Position numbers and translations under genes: made by a program | Shown: piece by piece, positions 28,982 through 38,512 of the stretch | How positions within the stretch are numbered: the stretch's first letter is position 1 | Layout: every line of letters starts with the position of its first letter | Sequence record: NC_020851.1 | Reading direction: 5' to 3' (one strand) | DNA: 64,000 nt | Notes under the pieces: model-generated | What the model was told of the DNA's origin: nothing | What the model saw: the letters and a program-made list of their open reading frames with translations, nothing else | Database searches by the model: none

Positions 28982-29240
28982 GATGCTCTTTCAACTCTTT
29001 AATCAATTTTCTACGTGAATGTCTCCTATCCAGTTCAATACCAACAGTTCTACCATACTCTTCAAGTTCATCCTTACTCATTTCATCGATAGAAACATCA
29101 CTCCCAAAAACCTCTTGAGTAGGTTCAGGAGCAATTGCTTCTACCGGTTCTGAAGGAACTGAAACTGGAGTAGGTTGTGCAGGTGCTGCTGGAGCTGGTG
29201 CCGGAGTTTTTCCTCCTAATAAATCTCCAAATCTAGACAT
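28968..29240 (-). CDS. Hypothetical protein: Pro/Ala linker plus a small helical domain
   Basis: MSRFGDLLGG...MSKDELEEYGRTVGIELDRR. Confidence 0.75.
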   Translation of the reverse strand: MSRFGDLLGGKTPAPAPAAPAQPTPVSVPSEPVEAIAPEPTQEVFGSDVSIDEMSKDELEEYGRTVGIELDRRHSRRKLIKELKEHLTNS

Positions 29241-29270
29241 TCTTAATACCTATTATTATAGAAATATTTA

Positions 29271-31372
29271 TCAGGCAACAAGTCCCACAAACTCATTTAG
29301 AATTTTCTTATTCATTTTTTATTCTTCAAACTCTTCATAAAAGATTTTTTGATTTGAGTTTTAGAAGCATCTTCTGATACCTCAAATTCAGATTCACTTG
29401 CGAGAGTTGTTGCCGAAAGTGCAATATAAGAGTGATAACCAGAATTTTTGATAGAGAATGATTTCTCCTTTTTCCACTGGTTTTGTATTTGCTCTTTTAA
29501 TTTATATTCACCCAAAGTATAACGACTAATAAAACGATGAGAATCACGAGACTCAAGAACACGAATACCAATAAAATTAGTATCAGTAAAATTGTCTCTC
29601 AAATTTTGAATTAAAATATCAGTATAATCATCCCATATAGAATCTAAAGAATAAGTGTTTCCTGTTTTACGATCACGAAGATAACAATTATCACCAATTC
29701 TTCCAAGTCCAATAAAAGGTTCAAACTCCCATGAACGTTGAATCTCACGATGATAAGTAAGTCCATAACCCTCACCATCACTCAATACGACACACTGAAC
29801 TTTTTGAACTTTAGTATTTTTCTTGAATTGTGGAATAATTTGATGAAGTGCAATCATCGTCTCATTCAAGGGAGTTCCGGACAATCCCATTCCAACAGGT
29901 ATAGGATATCTTCCACCGAAAGTAATATATTGTGCAAGACGGAACATATTCTTCAATTGTTTTTCCAAAGTTTTAGAATTGACTTTGTGTGACAAAATGT
30001 TCATCAAAGAAAACTGTTCTCCAACCTGCATCAAACCATCTTTTTTCTCATAAGGTCTTTTACAGCAAAGTTGTTCTCCATCATCACTCATTAATGGATA
30101 TTCATTCGTGAATGCATATACCTCAAATGGAATAGAAACTTTCTTACAGAACCATACAAGATTGAATAACTGTTTCATAGTATCCATCATTACATGGGTC
30201 ATCGAACCAGACCAATCAAGAATGAAAATCAATCCATGGTCTTTACCATCGGCAAGTGTGGTTACTTTCTTGAACAAGTCTTCGTTGTATTTGTAGGTGT
30301 GAAGTTTAGAGCAGTCCAAAACTCCAGTACGACTGGTAGTAGCACGAGCATAACTATTGGCAGATTTTTTACACTCAAATTCTTTAACAAGATAATTTAC
30401 CTCTTTCTGTGCTGATTTTTTAAATTTCAGAAACTCACTATCAACATAATCGAACAGATAAGGATCGTGTGGATTGCCCCAGAGTTCATCACATTTATCA
30501 TGAATCTCTTTATTTGGAACAATAATATCATCAAGATTAACTTGAGGAAGTTCTACATAGACATTCTCAAACCCATCCATTGATGCAAGTTTTTTAATTG
30601 CATTCTCTAATGCGTCCATCGTATCGACTTTAGGTTCGGAATTAGTTTCTCCACCCTGATTAACATGCTCGGTGTCTTGCTCGGTGTCTTGCTCGGTATC
30701 AGCACTATCTTCAGATTCTCCAGGTTGCTGTTGTTGCTCCATAGAGTTATCAGACTGCTCTTCGGATGAACCAGAACTTTGTGATTCTAATGAATCCATA
30801 TCAGTCTTGGTTTCTGTATTCATCTGATCCTGACAATACTTATAGAGTGCCTGTGCCGCAATCAGAACATCATCAAAATCCTCACAACCCTCAATCATGC
30901 GAACGATAGGCATCTCTACATATTCACCAAAAGGAATATCAACAAAGTTACCAATTTTGAAGTGAAGATTTACACGGTCGGCAAGATTCATCTTACTTAC
31001 ATCTTCGCACTCAACACCAAAGAAATCCTCATCGGCAAGAACATTATATCCTTTATAGAAGGTCTTAGAGATTCCAGCATAACGACGCTTCATCATTTTC
31101 TCAATGCGAACATCCTCCACCACATTCACAAACTGTGGAGGAATCTTATATTCTTTTATCCAATCACGATCTGGTGTATAAAGTGCATGACCCACTTCAT
31201 GTGCCACCAACATATCATATATCTCATTACCTGCTTTATCCCAGTTCGGCAGTGTCAGCACACGAGTATGGACATTGAAACATGCGGTCTCAACATTCTT
31301 ATTCTCTACCACAAGGTCTTCAGTGGCAAGAAGTTTGGCAAGTTGAGATTTGATTTCGTGCCTGACGGTCAT
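29271..31372 (-). CDS. Metallopeptidase-motif + vWA domain protein (CobT-like partner); last codons frameshifted at 29315-29320
   Basis: HEVGH, EDVRIE, FILDWSGSM MIDAS, GTPL, LSDGE; adding one A restores ...KKMNKKILNEFVGLVA-stop. Confidence 0.88.
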
Positions 31373-31541
31373 TGGTTTGATGCGTATGAATGTAGTATAC
31401 AAAAGAACCTCCCTTTTTGGGGGAGGTCATGTGACGGTTCTTGAAGTGTCTCAGTGCTTCCTTTCGGGAACGCATTGCCTGAGGTTTCAGTTTTCGTTTC
31501 TGTTCTTTCTTAGAGTGGTGCTTCCAATTTGGGATTTGCAT
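31320..31541 (-). CDS. Small basic hypothetical protein
   Basis: MQIPNWKHHSKKEQKRKLKPQAMR; 3' end uncertain (overlaps the next gene). Confidence 0.55.
   Translation of the reverse strand: MQIPNWKHHSKKEQKRKLKPQAMRSRKEALRHFKNRHMTSPKKGGSFVYYIHTHQTNDRQARNQISTCQTSCH
31394..31452 (-). promoter_or_regulatory. Palindromic element + hairpin + TATACT upstream of the peptidase/vWA gene
   Basis: GAGACACTT-N4-AACCGTCAC, ACCTCCC-loop-GGGAGGT, TATACT at 31394-31399. Confidence 0.55.
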
Positions 31542-31555
31542 TGTTCTTTGATGTA

Positions 31556-33268
31556 TCAGGACATCATACGGGAAAAACCTTTGACTTTCTCGAAACGGAT
31601 GACACTTTGGAACTTGTCATGTAAGTCTGACTTATGAGAGATGACGAATATATTAGCATCCTTTATCACATAACGAATAATTTTTAGGAACTCTTCGGTT
31701 CCAAATCCATCGAGTGAAGAATCAAATACTTCGTCCATAATCAACAGGTTAGTGTTTACGGAATTTTTGAGTCTCGCAACTTCTCTCCAAGTGAAGAGTA
31801 GAGCCAAATCTACACGCATTTTTTCACCTTCACTAAAAGAACTATAAGAAAAGTTTTCGTGAATAGGTGACTCAATGGTTTCACCGAACTCCTCATCAAG
31901 TTTGAAGTTGATGTAGAAGTCCATCATTTGAAGATAACGATTAACCTGCTGATTGATGAATGGAAGATACTTCTTGATGATTTTTGTTTTTACGCCATCG
32001 TCCCGAAGAAGGGAATAGGCAAAATCGTAATGAACGATTTCTTGTTTTTTGTCTGAAAGATATTCAATTGTCTTTTGGAGATTTTCTTTAAACTGCTCTA
32101 ATTTCTCATTTTCAGTATTTCTGTTTTGTAAGTTACTGGTAATAGTTTGAATTTCATGTTCAAGATCTCTGATTTGTCTCTGGTTGAGGGAAATCCGAGT
32201 ATTGTTTTGAGAAATGCCATGCGTTAACTTTGTAATCTCCTTAGATAGGGAATTGAATTGACGCTCTCGTTCCTGTTCGAACTTAATTGTTTCTTCAAGA
32301 TCTTCATAACCTTTCTTGAGTTCCTTTGCTTTATTTTGAGCGTCACTAATTCTATTTACACGAAACTCTTCTTCTATGTCTTGTGTACAGGTAGGGCAGA
32401 CCGTATTTTCTGTAAAGAACTTATGCTCTTTAGTAATGGTTGCAACCTTCTGAGAGATTTTACCTTTAAGATTGTTTAGTTTTGATAACTTCTCACGAGC
32501 ACCAATAACTTCTTCCTGTTCTTTTGTAACCTTATGAATGTCTTCTTCTATGACAGCATTATCTCTCATGTAAACTTCAACTTCACTATCTAACTTATCA
32601 ATTTTATCATTATTGGATTTTATATTTGCATTACCACGACTTTCGAGTTCTTCAATAAACTCTTGCTGCATCTTCATCTTATCTTTGAGATTATCTTTTT
32701 TGATATCTAAAGATTTGATTTGTTCTTTCTTTGTGCGAATATTATCTTTGATAAGACTATTCATCGCAGAGAAGATACGAATATCTAATAAGTCCTCAAT
32801 GACCTCACGACGATTAGCGGTCGTCAATTGCATGAAAGGCACAAAGGTGCTACTACCAAGTATAACAATTTGTGTAAATGATTTATAATTTACCTTGAGA
32901 ATACTTTCTTCAAGAATGCGTTGATTGGCACGATCATCTGCTTCCTTATGAAGTGGATTACCATTCACTTCAATATCAAAGATATTTGGTTTGATTCCAC
33001 GACGAACCAAATAGTCACGACTATTCACAGAGAACTCAATCTCTACTAAACAATCCCTCTCATTTGTGGCATTCGCAAGTTGTGGTTTGTTAATCTTACG
33101 AAATGGTTTATTGAATAATACAAAGGTAAGTGCATCTAACATCGTAGATTTACCTGCACCATTTGTTCCAATAATCAAATTAGTATGATGTTGTTGAAAA
33201 TCAATCTCTGTAAACTGATTGCCGGAACTTAAAAAGTTCTTATATCTAATTTTTTGAAATGTTATCAT
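31556..33268 (-). CDS. gp46: Recombination endonuclease ATPase subunit (gp46, Rad50/SbcC-like)
   Basis: GTNGAGKS, CPTC zinc hook, FSEGEK signature, MDEVFD. Confidence 0.96.
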   Translation of the reverse strand: MITFQKIRYKNFLSSGNQFTEIDFQQHHTNLIIGTNGAGKSTMLDALTFVLFNKPFRKINKPQLANATNERDCLVEIEFSVNSRDYLVRRGIKPNIFDIEVNGNPLHKEADDRANQRILEESILKVNYKSFTQIVILGSSTFVPFMQLTTANRREVIEDLLDIRIFSAMNSLIKDNIRTKKEQIKSLDIKKDNLKDKMKMQQEFIEELESRGNANIKSNNDKIDKLDSEVEVYMRDNAVIEEDIHKVTKEQEEVIGAREKLSKLNNLKGKISQKVATITKEHKFFTENTVCPTCTQDIEEEFRVNRISDAQNKAKELKKGYEDLEETIKFEQERERQFNSLSKEITKLTHGISQNNTRISLNQRQIRDLEHEIQTITSNLQNRNTENEKLEQFKENLQKTIEYLSDKKQEIVHYDFAYSLLRDDGVKTKIIKKYLPFINQQVNRYLQMMDFYINFKLDEEFGETIESPIHENFSYSSFSEGEKMRVDLALLFTWREVARLKNSVNTNLLIMDEVFDSSLDGFGTEEFLKIIRYVIKDANIFVISHKSDLHDKFQSVIRFEKVKGFSRMMS

Positions 33269-33521
33269 TCTTAGGAGGGATCACAATGTCATTAGGTGTA
33301 ATAATCGTATACTTGTAGGAATGATGTTTACAAGTTTTTATAGCAAGTTCATCATCAACTTCTACAATATCCATATCAGCATCTTCTTCGTCATATAGCA
33401 TCATAGCATATCTTTCGGCATCATCCTCCTCTTCAAACAAAAATAACACTTTATGTCCGTGATTATCCTGAACGGCATAAGCACCGTCATCTTTACCATC
33501 TTTGAGAGTTAGAAGATACAT
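33246..33521 (-). CDS. Conserved hypothetical protein
   Basis: GAYAV...LFLFEEEDDAERYA. Confidence 0.78.
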   Translation of the reverse strand: MYLLTLKDGKDDGAYAVQDNHGHKVLFLFEEEDDAERYAMMLYDEEDADMDIVEVDDELAIKTCKHHSYKYTIITPNDIVIPPKNDNISKN

Positions 33522-33688
33522 TATCTAATATCCATATCAAACCACTGCATTAATTGTTCTTTAGATAAATTTGTATCATTCTGTTTGATATATTCATTTA
33601 TAACAATTTCTTTCCAAAGAAGGTTATTTTTTCTTTTAAGACTCCACATCCAATCATCGTCCCATTGAGTTCCAGTAAGATCGAACAT
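33521..33688 (-). CDS. Small hypothetical protein
   Basis: MFDLTGTQW... start just after the gp47 stop. Confidence 0.5.
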   Translation of the reverse strand: MFDLTGTQWDDDWMWSLKRKNNLLWKEIVINEYIKQNDTNLSKEQLMQWFDMDIR

Positions 33689-33689
33689 T

Positions 33690-34724
33690 TTATTCCACCT
33701 CGCAAGCCTGACTATACAAATCTTGGAAGATACCCCTGATAATGTTTTTATCAAGATCAAATTCAGATTCATCAATATATCGATTTAGAATTGAAAGTGT
33801 ATTCTCTTCTTCATCAATATCAAATTCTTCAGACTCTTGAATTTCAAAGTTCTCGATTATCTTTAAATCATGAACTCCAACCGTATAAAGTTTATCGATA
33901 AACTTCTCAAAATCTTTTGGTTTTGATTTTTTACGAACAATAACTTTTACAATCTTGTTCGCATATTCAGTTGCATTGAAGAGTTTATGATTGGTATCTT
34001 CGTAATAGATGTTATAAAATAATTTATAAGGATTATTAACTGGAGTATGAGTGAGGGTTTCCGTATCAAAGATGTGAAAACCTCTTGTATCATTTACATC
34101 ATTCCAATACATCTCATAAGGATTTCCTAGGTAGAAGATTTTTCCGTTGTCTGATCGAGTGTGATAGTGTCCCGAGAATACCTTTTCGAACTTCTCAAAT
34201 AATTTGCAGTCCATACCGTCTTCCATGACGTGGCCACGATGAGCTCTGAATCCGTTGAGCTCAAGGTGCCCCATCGCACATATGCTAGATGTATTTTTAA
34301 TAGATTTGACAGTATTCTCAAAGTTCTCTGCATTGATCCAAGGTATAAACAGTATTTTTAATTTATCTAAAGTAATCTCTGATACTTCACTATATGTCTT
34401 AATATTATTATAAGTCTGTAGAAGAAGTTCTGGAGAGTTTACATTATTAGTATTCTTATAATAACAATCATGATTACCAATAATCATATGAACATTACAA
34501 TTTTTGAGTCTATCAAATACAACTCTCTTTGACCACTCAAGACTTTGATAATCAATTGACTTGCGACTATCAAAGGCATCACCCATATGAACAACAGTAT
34601 CAATTCCTTCTGCTTCTAAAGTAGGAAAGAATACATCATCATAGAACTTCTCAAAATGATCATGCAGGTGCTTGGATCCCTTCCTTGCACCATAATGTGT
34701 GTCCGTCAGAATTGCAACCTTCAT
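33690..34724 (-). CDS. gp47: Recombination endonuclease nuclease subunit (gp47, Mre11/SbcD-like)
   Basis: DTHYG, GDAFD, GNHD, GHLE, SGHYH. Confidence 0.96.
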   Translation of the reverse strand: MKVAILTDTHYGARKGSKHLHDHFEKFYDDVFFPTLEAEGIDTVVHMGDAFDSRKSIDYQSLEWSKRVVFDRLKNCNVHMIIGNHDCYYKNTNNVNSPELLLQTYNNIKTYSEVSEITLDKLKILFIPWINAENFENTVKSIKNTSSICAMGHLELNGFRAHRGHVMEDGMDCKLFEKFEKVFSGHYHTRSDNGKIFYLGNPYEMYWNDVNDTRGFHIFDTETLTHTPVNNPYKLFYNIYYEDTNHKLFNATEYANKIVKVIVRKKSKPKDFEKFIDKLYTVGVHDLKIIENFEIQESEEFDIDEEENTLSILNRYIDESEFDLDKNIIRGIFQDLYSQACEVE

Positions 34725-35245
34725 CGATTTTTATATTGAATTGCATCTTTGATACTATTATACTCCGAACTATGTCCAGAAAGCAAGCTATCGTCAATAA
34801 CCATTACTTCATCAAATCCAGTCTTCTCAATAATCTTGGTTTTTATTTCCAACTGCTTCTTCTCCTTCTGTATGCGTCTCAGGAAGGCATAATGTATAAT
34901 CTGGGTAAAGTATGCAAAAGGATTCGTAGACCTTGCTGGGTCGAAATTATGAATGTATTGAACGCAATTTTCTATCCCATCAGAAATCATATCTTCACGG
35001 AACATATAGTTCACAAAGTTGGGTTTGTATGAGAGGTGTGTCGCAATCTTAAGAAAACACTCACCAAGATAATCTGGAATACGTGGTTTACCTTCCCATC
35101 TCTTTCCTCTTTCCTGTTTCGGAAACTCAGTGAGGTCTTTATTGAAAGTCTTCATGTATGATTTTTCTACCTTGGTTCGATAGACAATCATTGCCTCCAA
35201 TAACTCTTTATTGTTTACATAATGTTCTGATTTCTTTTTGGGCAT
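34721..35245 (-). CDS. gp55: Late-transcription sigma factor
   Basis: HYVNN, YLGECFLKIA, EDMISDG, NPFAYFTQI..AFLRRI. Confidence 0.96.
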   Translation of the reverse strand: MPKKKSEHYVNNKELLEAMIVYRTKVEKSYMKTFNKDLTEFPKQERGKRWEGKPRIPDYLGECFLKIATHLSYKPNFVNYMFREDMISDGIENCVQYIHNFDPARSTNPFAYFTQIIHYAFLRRIQKEKKQLEIKTKIIEKTGFDEVMVIDDSLLSGHSSEYNSIKDAIQYKNR

Positions 35246-35278
35246 AATCCATTACTCTTTAAAATATAAGTTATATTA

Positions 35279-35289
35279 ATTATACCACA
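35279..35289 (-). promoter_or_regulatory. Extended -10 promoter (TGTGGTATAAT) for gp55
   Basis: TG-n-TATAAT 33 bp upstream of the gp55 start. Confidence 0.6.
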
Positions 35290-35302
35290 CTTTTAAGGGA
35301 GC

Positions 35303-35331
35303 TTGACAGAACCCTCGATTATCAGTAGAAT
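35303..35331 (+). promoter_or_regulatory. Near-consensus sigma70 promoter pointing antisense to the gene direction
   Basis: TTGACA (35303-35308), 17-bp spacer, TAGAAT (35326-35331). Confidence 0.65.
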
Positions 35332-35358
35332 ACCTTTGTTAGGGTTGAAGAGAGGGGC

Positions 35359-35796
35359 TTAGCTTTCTTTAGTATCTTCAAGTTTAAAGATATTCTCTAG
35401 AGTCTTTCTTGCTTCTTCTACCGTCGATAAGTATCCCATCTTCCTAGAAGGTCTAACATCACCTTTAGGTTTTTCATTAGAGGAAGATTGAGGACTGTAA
35501 ATATCCATATCATCTTCATCTTCAAGATAATTAGTATATATCTCAATCATTCTTTCATCATGAGTTTCTGTCATGGTAAGAATTTTATCAGGTCTTACAA
35601 TAAAGAAATCATCAGATGCTAATTCCATCCATGATTTAACTTTAACATGCATTCCATTTCGAGAATGGAGAAGTTTCATAGTAATTGGATTCTGCATCAC
35701 AACTAGAGGATCACCATCATTCTCATCTATTGAGACCAGTGATAATACTTCTTCACCAGATACTAGTTTTATAATTGCGTAAAATTCATCTCCCAT
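35359..35796 (-). CDS. Conserved hypothetical protein (Sm-like fold suspected)
   Basis: FYAIIKLVSGEEV...QNPITM...KSWM. Confidence 0.8.
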   Translation of the reverse strand: MGDEFYAIIKLVSGEEVLSLVSIDENDGDPLVVMQNPITMKLLHSRNGMHVKVKSWMELASDDFFIVRPDKILTMTETHDERMIEIYTNYLEDEDDMDIYSPQSSSNEKPKGDVRPSRKMGYLSTVEEARKTLENIFKLEDTKES

Positions 35797-37259
35797 TAGT
35801 TCTTTAGTGGTATGTTTACAATATCGTAATTAAAATTCTCTTCGTTATAAACTTTAATTCTTTCGATTAGATGATTAAGTGTATAGTTCCTCCTGGATTT
35901 GTAGGATATGTCGTCAGCAATGTCATAGAGAGTTGCCTTGGTCTTGTTATTGCCTTTCCTAAGCACCCTTCCAATAGACTGAAGATTCCGAATTCTAGAT
36001 TTGGATGGAGAAGCAAAAATGACATTGTGGAGATTCTTGATATTAATTCCTGTACTGAATGTTCCGTATGATGCAACAATAATCGCATTATTTTCTTTTT
36101 CAGTAATCTCCCTTACGTGTTCTCGATCCTTTGTATCTACTCCACCATGGACAAAAAATACTTGCCTTTCATCAACCGTATTATTATTTATCATGTGATA
36201 TAGTGGTTCACCATGACCCTCAACTCTTGCAAAAAGAACCAGAGTATTTCCTTTGAGATCTAGTGCGAGATTTCTTATAAACTTATTTCTACGTTCATGA
36301 TTGATAATATACTGAACTTCTTCTTCAAAGTTTTCAAACTTATGTGCTGGGTGCTTCAGTAGAAGTACATTGATATCCAGTTTAGCAACATGACCCTTCG
36401 CCATTAACTCTTCGGTACGAATGATTTTATACGAAGCACCAAACAATCCCTCAAGAACCCATTTATGAGTTTGTGTTCCATCAAGTGTTCCAGTAAAACC
36501 AAAACGATATTTTGCATCAGCAAGTTTAGACATTATAGATATTAATGACTTTGATTTAAACTGGTGTGCTTCGTCTCCGATAACTACATTAAATCGTTCA
36601 AAATATTTGCGGGGAAGTTTGTAGATAGACTGCCAGGTAGTGATGATAACTTGAGAATCTGTTTCTCTCTCCTTCCCCGCATAGATCTTGTGACAATATG
36701 AACCTACATCCCAACCATAGTCTGCAAAGTCTTTATACATCTGCTCTACTAGCGAAGTCGTCGGAACGACTATCAGAATATTTTGTTTCTTCTCAACGTA
36801 ATATCTCACAAGAGAATATATCATCAGAGACTTTCCAGAAGCAGTTGGGGATATCAACAACTTTCTATTATGTTTTAAAGCGTCGTATACTCCCTCAACT
36901 TGGTAATCTCTCGGAGAATACTTGCAAATAGCATTCATATAATCTTTTACACCTTCCTTTGAGATAAAGTCATTCGTCTCAAAAGGAAGACCATAATACT
37001 TATTATCTACAAACTCATAAGTATATCCATGGTCATCACAAAACTTTGTAACCTTATCCAACAACCCAACATAAATCTCTCCAGTTTGGGTATTAAATAA
37101 TCTTATCTTTCCGTCCCAGTATTTACTACGATACGAGGACATAAACTTTGCACCAGGAACCTCAAAGGTAAACTGGTCTGATAATTCGTAGTATACATGA
37201 GGTTCTGCCTTAACCTGTAAATATACTTCATTCTTTTTTGATATAATCAAATGAGACAT
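35796..37259 (-). CDS. uvsW: SF2 DNA helicase UvsW
   Basis: PRDYQ, SPTASGKS, DEAH, GFTGT, QSIGRVLR. Confidence 0.96.
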   Translation of the reverse strand: MSHLIISKKNEVYLQVKAEPHVYYELSDQFTFEVPGAKFMSSYRSKYWDGKIRLFNTQTGEIYVGLLDKVTKFCDDHGYTYEFVDNKYYGLPFETNDFISKEGVKDYMNAICKYSPRDYQVEGVYDALKHNRKLLISPTASGKSLMIYSLVRYYVEKKQNILIVVPTTSLVEQMYKDFADYGWDVGSYCHKIYAGKERETDSQVIITTWQSIYKLPRKYFERFNVVIGDEAHQFKSKSLISIMSKLADAKYRFGFTGTLDGTQTHKWVLEGLFGASYKIIRTEELMAKGHVAKLDINVLLLKHPAHKFENFEEEVQYIINHERRNKFIRNLALDLKGNTLVLFARVEGHGEPLYHMINNNTVDERQVFFVHGGVDTKDREHVREITEKENNAIIVASYGTFSTGINIKNLHNVIFASPSKSRIRNLQSIGRVLRKGNNKTKATLYDIADDISYKSRRNYTLNHLIERIKVYNEENFNYDIVNIPLKN

Positions 37260-37284
37260 AACTCATAGTTTCACCTATAAGTAT

Positions 37285-37467
37285 TTAGTTCATGTTGTCA
37301 AACTGGTGCTCTAAAATAAGTCGATAGAAATTATCTCTCATCGCAATTAAGTTTATTTGTTCTGCTGGATCTCCACCAGACCATTTTTGAACTGCTTGTC
37401 TAAGACCTTCATGAATGAGACGAATACCATGAATATTTAATTCAATATTATAATAGTTTTCTTCCAT
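37285..37467 (-). CDS. Small hypothetical protein
   Basis: 60-aa ORF. Confidence 0.65.
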   Translation of the reverse strand: MEENYYNIELNIHGIRLIHEGLRQAVQKWSGGDPAEQINLIAMRDNFYRLILEHQFDNMN

Positions 37468-37898
37468 TAGTTAAATCCTGCTTGGAATTTGTGCCAGTCT
37501 ATTGAGTTTTTGATTTGAAAAGTTCTATTCGAAACTGTTTTGATAATCTCTTCTAAGAATTTGAGCATCACATCATAATAACGAACTTTGAGGTCAATAG
37601 TATTTAACTTCTCATCGGCATCCATATACCTCTGTAATGCTTCTTTATCTCTAACTTTGTATGGGAATGGTTCTTCTGCATAAACCTCTGCTGTTGCCTT
37701 TCCTGTGTAGTAGTTATATCTTTCCAATCTTACTCGATTATAAGTTCCTCTTGCCTTCTCTCTCAAAAGAGTTATGGTATTATATAGGGTATAATATTTT
37801 GAATGAAGTTGTGGAATTTTTAATGATTCATCGTGTAGATTATCAGGGTCGATTTGAGAATCCTTTTCCCACATCTCCTGAATTTGATCAAGGTTCAT
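37467..37898 (-). CDS. uvsY: Recombination mediator UvsY
   Basis: WEKDSQID..LHDESLKIPQLHSKY...RTFQIKNSIDWHKF. Confidence 0.9.
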   Translation of the reverse strand: MNLDQIQEMWEKDSQIDPDNLHDESLKIPQLHSKYYTLYNTITLLREKARGTYNRVRLERYNYYTGKATAEVYAEEPFPYKVRDKEALQRYMDADEKLNTIDLKVRYYDVMLKFLEEIIKTVSNRTFQIKNSIDWHKFQAGFN

Positions 37899-38443
37899 AA
37901 GGGTGTTCTGTTATCAGCAGCTAAGACATTGTAGATAGTATACTTGAAAGTGACCTCTGCTGTAAAGTAGCTGATGTCAGTATCACTTGCCTCAAAATCT
38001 AAGGAGGTCAAATATGTTGGAAATAAATCTCTAAACTTTACAATAGCAACATCTCTGAAATTGCTATTTAAAATATGAAGACTTCCATCACTGAACTGTT
38101 CTTTTAAATCTCTAACCCCATCATCATTTGTAACTAAATCTTTAAATTGTTGAGTTGTTTCTGGAAATCCTAATCCAGTCAACCAATTATGAACTGCCAT
38201 ATAATTTTCCATATTCTCATCAACTAAAAATCTTAAGGAGAAATCTCCGTAAGATAACTTATCACCAGGAACATCTAAATCCTTAAGATACGTTGGTTGA
38301 ATTGCAGAACCTAAACTAATTTCTGGTATTCTTGCCGAATTACAGAAAAAGGGAATCTTTGGATTTTTTGATAGAGTAAACTTAAAACCAACCGGTGCTA
38401 GAAAGTTTCTATTGTTTATTTGGTTGGGAAAATTGCAGGCCAT
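37895..38443 (-). CDS. gp3: Tail completion / tube terminator protein (T4 gp3-like)
   Basis: NFLAPVGFKF, F.VDENMENY, FRDLFP.SL, YFTAEVTFKY. Confidence 0.88.
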   Translation of the reverse strand: MACNFPNQINNRNFLAPVGFKFTLSKNPKIPFFCNSARIPEISLGSAIQPTYLKDLDVPGDKLSYGDFSLRFLVDENMENYMAVHNWLTGLGFPETTQQFKDLVTNDDGVRDLKEQFSDGSLHILNSNFRDVAIVKFRDLFPTYLTSLDFEASDTDISYFTAEVTFKYTIYNVLAADNRTPL

Positions 38444-38460
38444 TTTTATTTTATTTAGAT

Positions 38461-38485
38461 AAAAAAGACCCCCCGAAGGAGGTCT
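38461..38485 (-). terminator. Rho-independent terminator (UUCG loop) after gp23
   Basis: AGACCTCC-TTCG-GGGGGTCT-T6. Confidence 0.9.
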
Positions 38486-38512
38486 GTGAGTGTGAATGCC
38501 CGTAGGCAAATA

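Noticed and set aside
30666-30700. 12-bp tandem repeat (DTEQ x3)
   Set aside because: Ordinary slippage in a disordered acidic linker.
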